NCBI GenBank assembly: GCA_010015805.1 | Contig: ML978133.1 | Location: 558,001 to 622,000 of the forward strand | DNA length: 64,000 nucleotides | Origin: Rhizodiscina lignyota | Taxonomy: Eukaryota | Direction: 5' to 3' | Part shown: one piece after another, positions 63,360-64,000 of the stretch | Position numbering within the stretch: position 1 is the stretch's first letter | Layout of the letters: each line of letters begins with the position of its first letter | Notes under the pieces: model-generated | The model's input: the letters and a program-made list of their open reading frames with translations, nothing else | The model's database searches: none | Told to the model about the DNA's origin: nothing | Translations under genes and position numbers: made by a program

Positions 63360-63836
63360 CTATGAGAAAAGTCCCTCCGTGTCCTCCCCAATAGCGAAAA
63401 ACTTCCTGAGATGCTGTTTCGCAACACGCCATCCCTCCGGCGTCCTCCTATACTCAAACCGATAAGGCCCACCCCAACAATAATTCGCTTCTGGCTTCTT
63501 GACATCGGGGGTGACATAGAGCGTGAGATATGCCGTCGCTGTCGCAGTATCTGAGCCATCAACCTCAAAGTGGAGGTTGGTAATGCTGTGGATCACCCCT
63601 TGGAACACTTCTTCGCACGACGCGGCTTTTGCAATCTCTGCACGGCCACGTTTGGGGCCCCAGTTTTCGACTTCCATGACACCGTCTTCGGTATAAGTGT
63701 TTGCGAACGCTTCCCAGTGGTGGTTGTCGACTTCTGTACAGTAGCGGTTCATGAGCGTCCAGAGGGCGTCCTTGTCCTCGAGGATTTGGAGGCGCTTTTG
63801 CATATCCTCGATCGTTTTCGCTAGGTTGGCGTCCAT
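63360..63836 (-). CDS. SnoaL-like/NTF2 protein (LinA/BaiE/scytalone dehydratase fold); intronless
   Basis: LEDKDALWTLMNRYCTEVD...YTEDG...GRAEI...IHSITNLHFEVDGSDTATATAY...GGPYRFEYRRTPEGWRV fits the SnoaL_4 pattern. Confidence 0.88.
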   Translation of the reverse strand: MDANLAKTIEDMQKRLQILEDKDALWTLMNRYCTEVDNHHWEAFANTYTEDGVMEVENWGPKRGRAEIAKAASCEEVFQGVIHSITNLHFEVDGSDTATATAYLTLYVTPDVKKPEANYCWGGPYRFEYRRTPEGWRVAKQHLRKFFAIGEDTEGLFS

Positions 63837-64000
63837 TTTGATGATAAGAATATATTCCAGCTAAGTTTCTGGCAACTGAAGGGAATGAAACTGTACAGGA
63901 AGCCCCCGTTAAAGAACTCTAGTTCAGGCTACAAATGGATTCTCAGTCCCCGCAGCTTGGTATCAAAACCTCGGACTCTACCGAGGAGAATGAGGAGAAC

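Overview
This is eukaryotic DNA from a filamentous ascomycete (Pezizomycotina), judged from short GT-AG introns with CTRAY branch points, a RIP-like AT-rich island and fungal-type proteins. Positions 1-50.5 kb are a block of conserved housekeeping genes: an amidohydrolase (partial), GID4, TRM8, RRP1, the H3K9 methyltransferase DIM-5/Clr4, a LARP1-like protein, TBCE, NPL6/RSC7, SF3A2, THOC3, TRM11, COX19, a bHLH factor, SFT2, NPR3, VPS25, a Brc1/Rtt107-like BRCT protein and a PTS1 hydrolase. Positions 51-64 kb are an accessory catabolic cluster: MmgE/PrpD protein, Zn2Cys6 regulator, FAD monooxygenase, esterase, Baeyer-Villiger monooxygenase, lignostilbene/carotenoid-type dioxygenase and a SnoaL-like protein. 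The main result is the ~2.1 kb non-coding gap between convergent SFT2 and NPR3, which by manual base-pairing has the architecture of a fungal telomerase RNA (~39630-41245, + strand). It shows a terminal helix, a core-enclosing helix, a boundary hairpin, a nearly two-copy template, an H-type pseudoknot with a UUUU/AAAA stem, and an Sm-like site followed by an AU-type splice donor. The template predicts an unusual 12-bp telomere repeat, TTAGGATCATGT. Other findings are a chromodomain hidden in micro-exons of the DIM-5 gene, which lies next to a RIP island, and a dioxygenase with altered substrate-binding residues. Exon boundaries and pairings were read by eye, and no searches or folding programs were run.
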